A stretch of 64,000 nucleotides of DNA from Candidatus Kerfeldbacteria bacterium (GCA_016207275.1 JACQPY010000012.1:1706-65705); one strand, 5' to 3'. Shown: positions 8,104 through 17,628, counted from the first letter of the stretch. Made by a program: numbers and translations. Notes: a model not told the origin generated them from the letters alone.

Positions 8104-9441
8104 ATGCAGGTCACCCCAGGCATTTTTAAAACCTACGACATTCGGGGGATTTGGGGGAAAGACCTGACGCCCGAAATTGCGAAGGCCATCGGCAAGGCTT
8201 ACGCTACGTTTTTGCAACCGAAACGGATAGTCTGTGGCCACGACGTGCGGAACTCGAGTCCGGCTCTATCCGAAGCGTTGATGGATGGAATGAGCAGCGG
8301 GGGGGTCGAGGTGACGGATATCGGCCTGGTCACCTCCGACGCGCTGTACTTCGCCGTTGGCAAACACGGATTTGACGGCGGCGCGATGGTGACCGCGTCA
8401 CACAACCCGCCGGAATGGAATGGGGTCAAGTTGACGCGGGATCGAGCCATTCCGATTGTTGGTGACGAGAATAAAACGATCGGAAGAATTGTTGAGCGAG
8501 AATCATTTGCATCCGTCGATGGACCGGGAAAACGATTGTCGTTCGACATTGCGGCTCAGTATATTGCCCAGGTCTTGTCCTTCAGTACGCATGAGGCCGG
8601 TCGATCGATGAAGGTCGTCATTGATGCCGGTAACGGAACAGTTATTCCCTTTCTACCAGCGATCATGGCCAAATTGCCCTTTGCCTGGGAAGGCATGAAC
8701 ATGACGCCGGACGGAAATTTCCCGGGACGCAATCCGAATCCGCTGGCCGAGGGGGCGCTCGACGGTTTGCAGCGGAGGATTGTGGCCACCACGGCCGACG
8801 TGGGGGTGGCCTTCGACGCCGACGCTGACCGAATGTTCTTCTTGGACGAGCATGGGGAACGAGTGCTCGGTGATGTCCTGACGGCGCTCTTGGCCAAGCA
8901 GTTCCTGCGGCAGCATCCCGGCTCGACGATCGTCTATAATCTCATCAGCTCCCACATGGTTCCCGAAGAAATCCTCAAAGCCGGCGGGAAACCTATTCGA
9001 TCAGCCGTTGGTCATGCGCATATGAAGCCGGCGATGCGACAGCGCCAGGCTGTGTTCGGTGGCGAAATTTCCGGGCACTACTTCTTCCGCGACCACTACT
9101 ACGCCGATTCCGGCCTGATTGCCATGGTGGTGGGCTTAAGTTATTTGAACCAGCAAGACAAACCATTATCCGAGCTGGTCCGCGAGATTGACGTTTACGC
9201 TCACACCGCCGAGGTCAACTCCGCGGTTGAGGACATTCCTGGCACACTGGCAAAAATCAAAGCCGCCTACCAGGGTGGCCAGCTCGACGAAACCGACGGG
9301 GTGACGGTGGAGTACCGTGACTGGTGGTTCAACGTCCGGCCGTCGAATACCGAGCCCTTGCTGCGCTTGAGCGTGGAAGCAAAAACGCCGGCGGAGATGG
9401 AGCGGCGGCGGGATGAGATTTTGCGAATTATTCGCGGTTAG
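8104..9441 (+). CDS. phosphomannomutase/phosphoglucomutase
   Basis: FKTYDIRG, TASHNP, AFDADADR, GGEISGH, VRPSNTEP. Confidence 0.96.
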   Translation: MQVTPGIFKTYDIRGIWGKDLTPEIAKAIGKAYATFLQPKRIVCGHDVRNSSPALSEALMDGMSSGGVEVTDIGLVTSDALYFAVGKHGFDGGAMVTASHNPPEWNGVKLTRDRAIPIVGDENKTIGRIVERESFASVDGPGKRLSFDIAAQYIAQVLSFSTHEAGRSMKVVIDAGNGTVIPFLPAIMAKLPFAWEGMNMTPDGNFPGRNPNPLAEGALDGLQRRIVATTADVGVAFDADADRMFFLDEHGERVLGDVLTALLAKQFLRQHPGSTIVYNLISSHMVPEEILKAGGKPIRSAVGHAHMKPAMRQRQAVFGGEISGHYFFRDHYYADSGLIAMVVGLSYLNQQDKPLSELVREIDVYAHTAEVNSAVEDIPGTLAKIKAAYQGGQLDETDGVTVEYRDWWFNVRPSNTEPLLRLSVEAKTPAEMERRRDEILRIIRG

Positions 9442-9463
9442 AAAAAGTACCGGCCGGAATCTC

Positions 9464-9529
9464 GCGACCTCACGCGAGTTGATGGAGCAAGAGCGGGACG
9501 AGGTACTGGCGATGATTCAGCGGCAGTAG
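9464..9529 (+). pseudogene. vestigial 3' end of a second PMM/PGM allele
   Basis: Reads ATSRELMEQERDEVLAMIQRQ*, matching the real C-terminus AKTPAEMERRRDEILRIIRG*. Confidence 0.6.
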
Positions 9530-9613
9530 TTACGGTTTTTTGTAACTACCCAGCAACGCGGTGTCTGGGGATCCTTCGCGTTTGCTCAGGGTGAATCCCC
9601 TTTCTTTGTTTAC

Positions 9614-10990
9614 TTATAGATAGGTCAGTGGGTTGACCTTCCGGCCACTGACCCAGGTTTCGAAGTGGACGTGCGTACCAGAGGACCGGCCGGTTGAACC
9701 GCACATCGCAATCGTTTGGCCGCGGCTGACACGCTGGCCGGGCTTGACGAAGATTTTGGAGGCGTGGCCGTAGAGCGTCTGCAAGCCGCCGCCGTGGTTA
9801 ATCACAATGTGGTAGCCGTAGCCCCAGCGCTGGTAGACCACGGCCGAAACCGTACCTTCGCGGGCGGCGAAGAGGGGATTGCCGTAGGCGCACTCGGCGT
9901 CAATGCCGGTATGCCCGTAGCGGAAGTATTGGTTGATGCGCCGACCAACCGTCGGCCAGTTGAGCCGACCGCCGCCAATCGCCGGGGCCGGACCAGGGAT
10001 CGGACCAACAAAGCCAGGCCGACCAGGTGCCGCCAACGACGGTCGTTCAGCCGGAAGCTCGGGAATCTCGCCGCCCGGCACGATGATGGTTTGGTCAACG
10101 CTGATGGCCGAGGCGTCAGCCAGGTGATTAAAGTCGAGGATCTCTTGGGCTTCGACTTTATACTTAGTAGCGATTGAAGCAATCGTGTCGCCTTTAACCA
10201 CTTTGTGGAGCACGCCGGTGATGGGCGGGATGAGGAGTTCTTGACCCGGCTTAATGAAATCCGCGTTCGACATCTTGTTAGCGGCCAAGATAGTTTTCTG
10301 GGTCACGCCGAAGCGGTTGGCAATGCCGCCGATGGTGTCGCCGCCCTGGATAATGTAGGTGACCACGTCTGACCGTTGCTGAACTTCGCTACTGCTGGCG
10401 ACGGGAATCTGGAGGGCGCTGCCGTCGGCGCTGACCGCCGCTTCGGCATCGACGACGCTGCCGATCTCGGCTTCGAGCAAATCATCCGGGGCAATAGCGT
10501 TTTGACGGCTGACGTAGGCGACTTTTCGGGCTGGCGCGCGCTCGACGATGTCCTGCTCTTCTGGGTTGGTCGCGCTGACCACTTGGCTCAAGACGCTGTC
10601 GCCAGCCACGTCAGCCAACCCGGCGCCGCGGGCGCTGAGGTTGTTGACCGCGACGCTGACGGTCAAGAGGAAGACGGCGGTATGGACGACGTAGCGGCTG
10701 GTCAGGACCGAGAGGACGGTGGCTTGGGCTGACGAACCGCGGCGAAGGGCGATGGTGCGGTGCTTGGCGGTGAAGAGCAGGCGGTAGAGCGGGAGTAAGA
10801 GGCGCACGGTCAACCGGCTGACCAGCCGCAGCGGTCGGACCGTCAGTTGCATCAAAACCAAGCCCACGGTTCGACCGAGCCAGGTCAGCAGCCGCGCGAG
10901 ACCGACTAAGATCCGGAGGGCGAGTTGTGTCAGGCGATTACGAATAGCGTTATTCCGTCTGCGCGCCGGGCCCACCAACTGTAAAAACAA
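9614..10990 (-). CDS. LysM-domain M23 family peptidase with N-terminal membrane anchor
   Basis: two LysM repeats (YIIQGGDTIGGIA, HKVVKGDTIASIA); HTGID, LYGHAS, STGRSSGTHVHFE; start uncertain. Confidence 0.92.
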   Translation of the reverse strand: MFLQLVGPARRRNNAIRNRLTQLALRILVGLARLLTWLGRTVGLVLMQLTVRPLRLVSRLTVRLLLPLYRLLFTAKHRTIALRRGSSAQATVLSVLTSRYVVHTAVFLLTVSVAVNNLSARGAGLADVAGDSVLSQVVSATNPEEQDIVERAPARKVAYVSRQNAIAPDDLLEAEIGSVVDAEAAVSADGSALQIPVASSSEVQQRSDVVTYIIQGGDTIGGIANRFGVTQKTILAANKMSNADFIKPGQELLIPPITGVLHKVVKGDTIASIATKYKVEAQEILDFNHLADASAISVDQTIIVPGGEIPELPAERPSLAAPGRPGFVGPIPGPAPAIGGGRLNWPTVGRRINQYFRYGHTGIDAECAYGNPLFAAREGTVSAVVYQRWGYGYHIVINHGGGLQTLYGHASKIFVKPGQRVSRGQTIAMCGSTGRSSGTHVHFETWVSGRKVNPLTYL

Positions 10991-11029
10991 CTGATGTTAA
11001 TGCAGTCAGTTAGGAAACACGCAACAGAC

Positions 11030-11058
11030 AGATTACCATGCGCAGCCGTCAGTGTCAA
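11030..11058 (-). promoter_or_regulatory. putative promoter of the M23 peptidase gene
   Basis: minus strand TTGACA-17 bp-TAATCT. Confidence 0.5.
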
Positions 11059-11131
11059 CACTCGGTATGATAGTATCATACAATACGTAAACGGTGGACG
11101 GCGGCGAGCGCGACCGCTAGAATGAACGCGT

Positions 11132-14116
11132 ATGGAAAAGTACAACCACCGCGCGGTCGAAGCGAAGTGGCAGCAGCGTTGGGAAGAGGCGGGAGTGTTT
11201 GCGGCGAAGGACCTCACCCCCGCCCGCTCCGCCGTGCGGAGCATGGCGGGCGGGTCGGCCTCCAGCAGCTCCCACCCCCTCAGCGCTTCGCGCAGCTCCC
11301 CCTCAGGCAGGGGGAGCAACTCCGTGTACGTCCTCGACATGTTTCCCTACCCGTCGAGCGACGGATTGCATGTCGGACACCCCGAGGGTTACACGGCCAG
11401 TGACATTGTGGCGCGCTACATGCGGATGAACGGCAAGAACGTCCTGCACCCGATGGGCTGGGACGCATTCGGTTTGCCAGCGGAAAACGCGGCGATCAAG
11501 AAAGGCGTCCACCCGCGGATCGTGACTGAGCAGAACGTCAACAATTTCAAGCGGCAGATCAAGTCGCTGGGCTTTTCCTACGACTGGTCGCGCGAAGTCA
11601 ACACCACTGATCCTCGGTATTACAAGTGGACCCAGTGGATTTTTCTGCAGCTCTTCAAGATGGGCTTGGCTTACGAAGCCGAGGTGCCGATTTGGTGGTG
11701 TCCGAAAGACAAAACCGGACTGGCGAATGAGGAGGTGGTGAATGGTTGTTGTGAGCGGTGTGGAACGAAAGTGGAACGAAAAAAACTGCGTCAATGGTTA
11801 TTGCGAATCACGAAGTACGCCGATCGCTTGCTCGCCGGTTTGGAAAAACTCGATTGGCCCGAGTCAATTAAGGCCTTGCAGCGGAATTGGATTGGGAAGA
11901 GCGAGGGAGCGGAGGTGGTGTTTGAAGTAGGAAGTATGGAGTATGAAGTATGGGGTAAGGGAGGCGAAAGGGTTGCTGATACCATGCAGTTTGTTCCGGA
12001 GCTAGTGCCGTTGGTGCTCAACGGTTCGAAGTTCAAGACGTATCGCTTTTTTGAACCGAAAAATGTCCGTAAGGGTGATAGTGTTGAGTTTATTAATGCA
12101 TCCACAAAAGAGAGTTTTGCGATGGCGCGGATCACCAAGGTGGAAAAACGAAATTTCATCGACATTCCGCTGCACGACAAAGGCCATGAGCCAGATGTTT
12201 CCATTGAAGCGAGAAGGAAAAGGTACGAAGGGTACTATAAGAAAATAGTGAATAATGATACTCCGGTATGGATTTACTCGTTTATTTTGGAAAAAACGAA
12301 GGGAAAAGCGAGATTCCGGATCAAGTCCGGAATGACAGATAAGAAAAAGCATAGTGTGCCTGTCTTCACCACCCGTCCAGACACGTTGTTTGGCGCGACG
12401 TACCTCGTGCTCTCGCCGGAACATCCGCTCGTGGACATGATTACGAGCGAGAAACAGAAGAAGGCGGTGGAGAAATACAAGAAGGATGTCGCAAGCAAGA
12501 CGGACCTTGAACGTACTTCTCTGGAAAAGGAAAAAACTGGCGTGTTCACTGGCGCGTATGCGGTGAATCCGGTGAACAACGAGAAAATTCCAGTTTGGAT
12601 TGCCGATTACGTGTTGATGTCCTACGGCACCGGCGCGATTATGGCCGTGCCGGCGCATGATGAGCGGGATTATGAATTTGCCAAGAAGTTTAAGTTGCCG
12701 ATTTTGAAAGTAATCAAGCCGCCGTCGGTCATGCCGAAGAACCCCGTGGAAACCATCATCAGTCCTGGAGGGTGGGGACATCTCGGCAGCGAACTTGAGA
12801 GCGATTGCTGGACCGGCGAAGGAACGATGGTGAACTCAGGGAAGTTTGATGGCCTCTTGAGCGAAAAAGGGCGGAAGAAAATCATCGAGTGGCTCGAACA
12901 CGAAGGTAAAGGAAGATTTGCCGTCAACTACAAACTCCGCGACTGGGTGTTTTCACGGCAGCGTTATTGGGGCGAGCCGATTCCGCTGGTGCACTGTCCA
13001 AACCACGGCGTCGTGCCAGTGCCGGAAGATCAATTACCAGTGCTGTTACCGGACGTGGAGAAGTACGAGCCGACGGGGACTGGAAAGTCTCCTCTGGCAG
13101 GGATGAAGGAATGGGTGCAAACGCAATGCCCGCTGGGAGACGGTCCGGCAGAGCGCGAAACCAACACCATGCCGCAGTGGGCTGGTTCGTGCTGGTATTA
13201 CTTGCGCTACCTTGATCCGAAGAACGAGCAGGCGTTGGCCGATCCGGAAACAATGAAGCAGTGGCTGCCGGTTGATGTGTACGTCGGTGGGGCAGAGCAC
13301 GCCGTGCTGCATTTGCTGTACTCACGTTTCTGGCATATGGCGCTCTACGATGCTGGCGTACTTCCAAAGGACGTTGGCGATGAGCCTTTCATAAAATTGA
13401 AGAACCAAGGCCTCATCCTAGGTCCGGACGGCGAAAAAATGTCGAAGTCGCGCGGTAACGTCATCAACCCCGACCCATTGATAGCCAAGTTCGGAGCAGA
13501 CAGCTTCCGGATGTACGAAATGTTCATGGGGCCGTTTGAAGACGCCAAGCCGTGGAGCACGAACGGGATCGTGGGGGTGAGGAGGTTTTTGCAAAGAATC
13601 TGGAATATAGCGCATAGCGGTAGAGTTCAAAAAACAACACTTATAGAAGACCCGAATCTTCGTAGACGGCATATATATACAGCTTCCATTGAATATGGTA
13701 TCGATAGTTTCAAATTTAATACTTGTGTTAGTGAGTTAATGAAGTGGAGCAATAGTTGGGATGAACCAACAAAAGATGCGTACGTCGATAAAGACGAATT
13801 CGAAGTTTTCTTAAAGCTTCTTTCGCCCTTTGCTCCGCATATTTCAGAGGAGCTTTGGTCAAAGCTAGGACACGGAACATTGCTAGTGCAGGAGGAATGG
13901 CCAATATTCAATCGTGATTTAATAAGACCTAGCGAAGTCAGGATCGCAATTCAAGTCAACGGTAAATTGCGGGGAACAGTAACAATGCCAAGCGGTTCCG
14001 CAAAGCATGATGTGGAAGCGGCGGCCAAAGCCGAGCCGAATGTGGCGAAGTATTTGAACGGTAAGCCGAAGAAGGTAGTATATATAAAAGATCGTTTACT
14101 GAATTATGTAGTCTAA
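11132..14116 (+). CDS. leuS: leucine--tRNA ligase with an N-terminal palindromic insert and an ASCH-like insert in the editing domain
   Basis: MFPYPS..GLHVGH, FTTRPDTLFG, GTGAIMAVPAHDERD, KMSKS, IQVNGKLRG; 994 aa is longer than typical. Confidence 0.97.
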   Translation: MEKYNHRAVEAKWQQRWEEAGVFAAKDLTPARSAVRSMAGGSASSSSHPLSASRSSPSGRGSNSVYVLDMFPYPSSDGLHVGHPEGYTASDIVARYMRMNGKNVLHPMGWDAFGLPAENAAIKKGVHPRIVTEQNVNNFKRQIKSLGFSYDWSREVNTTDPRYYKWTQWIFLQLFKMGLAYEAEVPIWWCPKDKTGLANEEVVNGCCERCGTKVERKKLRQWLLRITKYADRLLAGLEKLDWPESIKALQRNWIGKSEGAEVVFEVGSMEYEVWGKGGERVADTMQFVPELVPLVLNGSKFKTYRFFEPKNVRKGDSVEFINASTKESFAMARITKVEKRNFIDIPLHDKGHEPDVSIEARRKRYEGYYKKIVNNDTPVWIYSFILEKTKGKARFRIKSGMTDKKKHSVPVFTTRPDTLFGATYLVLSPEHPLVDMITSEKQKKAVEKYKKDVASKTDLERTSLEKEKTGVFTGAYAVNPVNNEKIPVWIADYVLMSYGTGAIMAVPAHDERDYEFAKKFKLPILKVIKPPSVMPKNPVETIISPGGWGHLGSELESDCWTGEGTMVNSGKFDGLLSEKGRKKIIEWLEHEGKGRFAVNYKLRDWVFSRQRYWGEPIPLVHCPNHGVVPVPEDQLPVLLPDVEKYEPTGTGKSPLAGMKEWVQTQCPLGDGPAERETNTMPQWAGSCWYYLRYLDPKNEQALADPETMKQWLPVDVYVGGAEHAVLHLLYSRFWHMALYDAGVLPKDVGDEPFIKLKNQGLILGPDGEKMSKSRGNVINPDPLIAKFGADSFRMYEMFMGPFEDAKPWSTNGIVGVRRFLQRIWNIAHSGRVQKTTLIEDPNLRRRHIYTASIEYGIDSFKFNTCVSELMKWSNSWDEPTKDAYVDKDEFEVFLKLLSPFAPHISEELWSKLGHGTLLVQEEWPIFNRDLIRPSEVRIAIQVNGKLRGTVTMPSGSAKHDVEAAAKAEPNVAKYLNGKPKKVVYIKDRLLNYVV

Positions 14117-14161
14117 TTATTTACTCATCACTTATCAATTAATGGGCGATCCATATGAATC

Positions 14162-14725
14162 ATGAATAACGAAGGCGGCGAGTCAAAGTTTGCTGACTGG
14201 AAGGCGCCGGACGAAGAAGCCGAGCGAAAACCATTTGGCGAAGCAGACGAAGCCGAACAAATTGAACGTACCAAACATCTACGTGAAACTTTCAGCCGCG
14301 AGTCTTCTTTGGGTGAATTTTGGGGCAATGCATATAAGTATTCAGAAAAACTACCAATTTTAGGGAAAACTCCTGATGAGGCAAGAAAATTAATCGCCGA
14401 AGCCGCCAGCGGAGTGAAATTGATCGAACAGGCACTCGAAACATTCAAATCAATCAAATTGCGCGAAACGGGCCAAGAGAATTACTTGATCCTTGGCGTG
14501 AACGAACTACAAGAAACAAACAACTGGCAATCTTTTTTGCAGGCCGGGAAACTCGACGTGCCGAAACTCAAGGAACTTATCCGCTGGTTGCTCGAAAGCC
14601 ACCGCCTCAAAGGGGCTGAGTTGGGTCGGCCGAGTGAACTCAAGCCCTCTGATATTGAGGAAATCTTTGATGATATGGACTATGTCTTGAAAAAAGTGAA
14701 CGATTATCTGCCGAGCAAAAAATGA
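14162..14725 (+). CDS. hypothetical protein
   Basis: 187-aa charged ORF with lower GC. Confidence 0.7.
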   Translation: MNNEGGESKFADWKAPDEEAERKPFGEADEAEQIERTKHLRETFSRESSLGEFWGNAYKYSEKLPILGKTPDEARKLIAEAASGVKLIEQALETFKSIKLRETGQENYLILGVNELQETNNWQSFLQAGKLDVPKLKELIRWLLESHRLKGAELGRPSELKPSDIEEIFDDMDYVLKKVNDYLPSKK

Positions 14726-14765
14726 TTTTCATGAATGATCAGTTGATTAATTTTGTGGTGTAGTT

Positions 14766-15554
14766 ATGGAGTACAAAGGCGAACTGCCACAGAATCCAGA
14801 CCAAAAAGACTCATCGGAACTTGAAGCCGAGCGTCAACGGATTCGCGAAGAAATCCAATTAGAGCTAGAACAGCTCCCCGATGATGAGTCTGGACGTGAG
14901 CGTCGTGAGTTCCTCACTCGAGAGCCAGCATTTTATGCTTATGGTGGAAAGAGTTTCGAAGGACGCCGTCAAACCCCAGGATTCAGAATATCCAGTGCCG
15001 ATGCAAGAATGGGGGTGCTGCAAGATGTTTACGGCCTAAGGAGAGACCATGTTACCTTTGGGGTCGGACGGGGCTGGAATAGAAAGTACATAATTCATCG
15101 TGAACTTCAAAATCCGGATTATCGCGGCGGGTACCCATACACCTTCCTCTTCGATCCCGGTGAAGAGACCTGGCGTCTGTATGGGCAGAATGGAGCTTTG
15201 CTGCTTAGAAACGTTCAGCGCGACACGGAGATTCATGAATGGTTTACTCTCAAACCAGAAAAGATGACCGAGGCGCGCATGCAAGAATACGTTGAACGCC
15301 TTAACCAAGCCGATCGATCGGTTGAACCTCAGTCAAATGCCAGCTTGGAACAATTTCTCAAGACTTCAGGCCATCAAACGGACGTTCAACGGGTTGGATC
15401 GCGAGAAATGGCAGAACCAAACGTCGAACAGATGGCCGCTGCCCTGGCCGCGATGCCCGAATCAGCACGGAGGGAGAGTACGTGGCTGATTGGTGGAGGC
15501 AGTCTTCATGGTGAAGAATTGGGGGCACGAATAGTGTGGGACCCGAGAAAGTGA
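14766..15554 (+). CDS. hypothetical protein
   Basis: 262-aa ORF with an acidic N-terminus. Confidence 0.7.
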   Translation: MEYKGELPQNPDQKDSSELEAERQRIREEIQLELEQLPDDESGRERREFLTREPAFYAYGGKSFEGRRQTPGFRISSADARMGVLQDVYGLRRDHVTFGVGRGWNRKYIIHRELQNPDYRGGYPYTFLFDPGEETWRLYGQNGALLLRNVQRDTEIHEWFTLKPEKMTEARMQEYVERLNQADRSVEPQSNASLEQFLKTSGHQTDVQRVGSREMAEPNVEQMAAALAAMPESARRESTWLIGGGSLHGEELGARIVWDPRK

Positions 15555-15599
15555 TTTTCGTGCGTGAAGGATAAGCTGATTAATTTCGTAGTGTGAAGC

Positions 15600-15900
15600 G
15601 CCGCTCCCACCACCCCCGCCCGCGTAATTCCGTCCCTCGACCTCCCGATGGGATCGAGGTCGCCCCGAGCAAGGTCGAGGGGCGACAAGCTCGGGACGGA
15701 AAACGCGAGGCGGCCCCTCCCCCTTCGGCCTCCCGTTCAGGGTCTGAGGACCCCTCAGGGTCTCGAACGACGAGCTCATCTCGATGCCGAGCCCTCGATG
15801 CCGAGGCAGGGCTGAGAGGTCGGGCAGGAGGGGGAGACCACCCCGTCCCGACCGCGGAGCGCGTCGGGACACCCCTCCTTACAAAGGCGGAGATGAGATG
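15600..15900. repeat. cluster of nested GC-rich palindromic elements
   Basis: CCGCCCGCGT/ACGCGAGGCGG enclosing TTCCGTCCC/GGGACGGAA enclosing GTCGCCCC/GGGGCGAC; also GTCCCGAC/GTCGGGAC. Confidence 0.7.
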
Positions 15901-15920
15901 AAGGTCGGCACCTCATCACA

Positions 15921-16475
15921 ATGGCATCATTAAAACAAGCGGTATCTATTATCAAAGCGGGAGGAGTAGTGGCCTATCCAACCGAGTCCTTTTATGCGCT
16001 GGGCGCGGACGCGACGAACCCCGCCGCGATTGCTCGGGTATTTCGCTTAAAAGGGCGGGACAAAAAACCGATCGCCTTGGTCGCATCGGACGAGCAACAA
16101 GTATCCAGGTTTTTTGCAGCTGATAAAGTGGAACGCGAAGTGGCCCGCTGGCATTGGCCAGGCGCGCTGACGATTGTCTTGAAACCAAAGAAGAGATTGG
16201 CAGCCAGCGCGCTTGGGTCACTGCGCATTGGTGTGAGAGTGCCGAAGCACAAGCTCGCGGCGGGGTTAGCCCGCCTGGTTGGAAAACCGATTACCGCGAC
16301 CAGCGCCAATCCGTCTGGCGGGCGGCCGACGAAGTCGGCCCGTCGCGTCCGAGCCTGGTGGCCGAACGTGCCGGTGGTCGCCGGAGCGTGCGGGCGCGCC
16401 ACTAAGCCGTCGACCGTAGTGGCCGTCGACGGTGGACAATTGATAACGTTACGCGCCGGCGCGACAAAAATCTAA
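15921..16475 (+). CDS. tsaC: threonylcarbamoyl-AMP synthase (TsaC/YrdC/Sua5 N-domain)
   Basis: VAYPTESFYALG, LKGR, WPGALT, TATSANPSG, PSTVV. Confidence 0.93.
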   Translation: MASLKQAVSIIKAGGVVAYPTESFYALGADATNPAAIARVFRLKGRDKKPIALVASDEQQVSRFFAADKVEREVARWHWPGALTIVLKPKKRLAASALGSLRIGVRVPKHKLAAGLARLVGKPITATSANPSGGRPTKSARRVRAWWPNVPVVAGACGRATKPSTVVAVDGGQLITLRAGATKI

Positions 16476-16479
16476 AACC

Positions 16480-17628
16480 ATGCGTCCACTATTTCACTTC
16501 CATTATTTTAAAATCCACCTGCCGGTCCAGCTGGAGGAACTGTACCTGACCGCGGCCTTGATGGATTTTGCCGGCGCGGCGATTGCGCTCTTCGAGCCAA
16601 TTTTCCTGTGGACACTCGGCTACGGCATCCGTCAGATCATGATGTTTTACTTGCTGCTCTATGGCGTGTATTTCTTTTTGCTGCCGCTCGGCGGAAAATT
16701 TGTCGCTCGGTTTGGTCCGGAACGGTCGATCATGATCTCGACCATCTGTTTGATCGGGTACTTCTTAGCACTGGTGGGGATTCAAGCCTACTCGATGCTG
16801 TTTATGGTGGCACCGCTGCTGTTTGCGCTGCAGAAAACCTTTTACTGGCCGGCCTACCATTTCGAGTTCATGCGGTATTCGCCGAAGCAAGAACGCGGCC
16901 GCGAGTTTTCCGGCATCTGGACCATCACCACCCTGATGTACGTGCTCGGCCCGGTGACCGGCGGGTTGGTAGTCAAGTTCTTTGGGTTTACGGCCCTGTT
17001 CGTCGGCGCCGCGGCCATTATTTTGTTGTCCAGTCTGCCGCTCTTCGCCACGAAGAACCAGCCCAAACGCGAAGCCTACTCGTACCTGAAGAGTTTGGTG
17101 TTGCCGTTCCGGCGACGGTACCTAAAAAGTACCTTCGGCTACGTTGGTTTGGGCGCCGAATTGATCGGTATGACAGTGTGGCCAATCTTCATCTTTTTGA
17201 TCTACAAGGATTTGTTCAACCTCGGTTTACTGGTCGGCGCGGCCGCTTTGGTGACGGCCGTAACGACGTTGGCGGCCGGTAAGTGGACCGACCGGACGGC
17301 CAAGCGACACGTGCTCACTGTTAGTAGCATCAGCGAAGCGGTCACCTGGCTGCTGCGGATCTTCACCCGCTTCCCGCCGTTTGTCTTCTTGCTTGATGCC
17401 CTCGGTCGGATTACGCACAACAGCGTCTTTGTCAGCTTGACGGCAATGACCTACGATCGGGCGCACGACGATGATTACTCGTGGCACGGCGTGTACTACG
17501 AGCAAGGATTTGCGCTGGGCAAGTCGCTGATGGCCGTGATGGTCATCGGCCTGGCCGCGGCCGGCGATCCGTTCAACGTCGCTTTCTTGCTGGCTAGTTT
17601 GTTTAGCTTCTTGCACCTTGCCTTCTAG
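16480..17628 (+). CDS. MFS transporter
   Basis: 382 aa, multiple TM segments, GGKFVARFG and AGKWTDR MFS loop motifs. Confidence 0.85.
   Translation: MRPLFHFHYFKIHLPVQLEELYLTAALMDFAGAAIALFEPIFLWTLGYGIRQIMMFYLLLYGVYFFLLPLGGKFVARFGPERSIMISTICLIGYFLALVGIQAYSMLFMVAPLLFALQKTFYWPAYHFEFMRYSPKQERGREFSGIWTITTLMYVLGPVTGGLVVKFFGFTALFVGAAAIILLSSLPLFATKNQPKREAYSYLKSLVLPFRRRYLKSTFGYVGLGAELIGMTVWPIFIFLIYKDLFNLGLLVGAAALVTAVTTLAAGKWTDRTAKRHVLTVSSISEAVTWLLRIFTRFPPFVFLLDALGRITHNSVFVSLTAMTYDRAHDDDYSWHGVYYEQGFALGKSLMAVMVIGLAAAGDPFNVAFLLASLFSFLHLAF

Noticed and set aside
9571-9598. ATCCTTCGCGTTTGCTCAGGGTGAAT short palindrome-like unit between convergent genes
   Set aside because: A single weak copy; it may belong to the palindromic repeat families but cannot be supported alone
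11924-12350. Intein in leuS
   Set aside because: No N-terminal Cys/Ser block, no C-terminal His-Asn and no LAGLIDADG motif
15593-15901. 102-aa ORF across the palindrome cluster
   Set aside because: Low-complexity translation of nested inverted repeats; unlikely to be a protein
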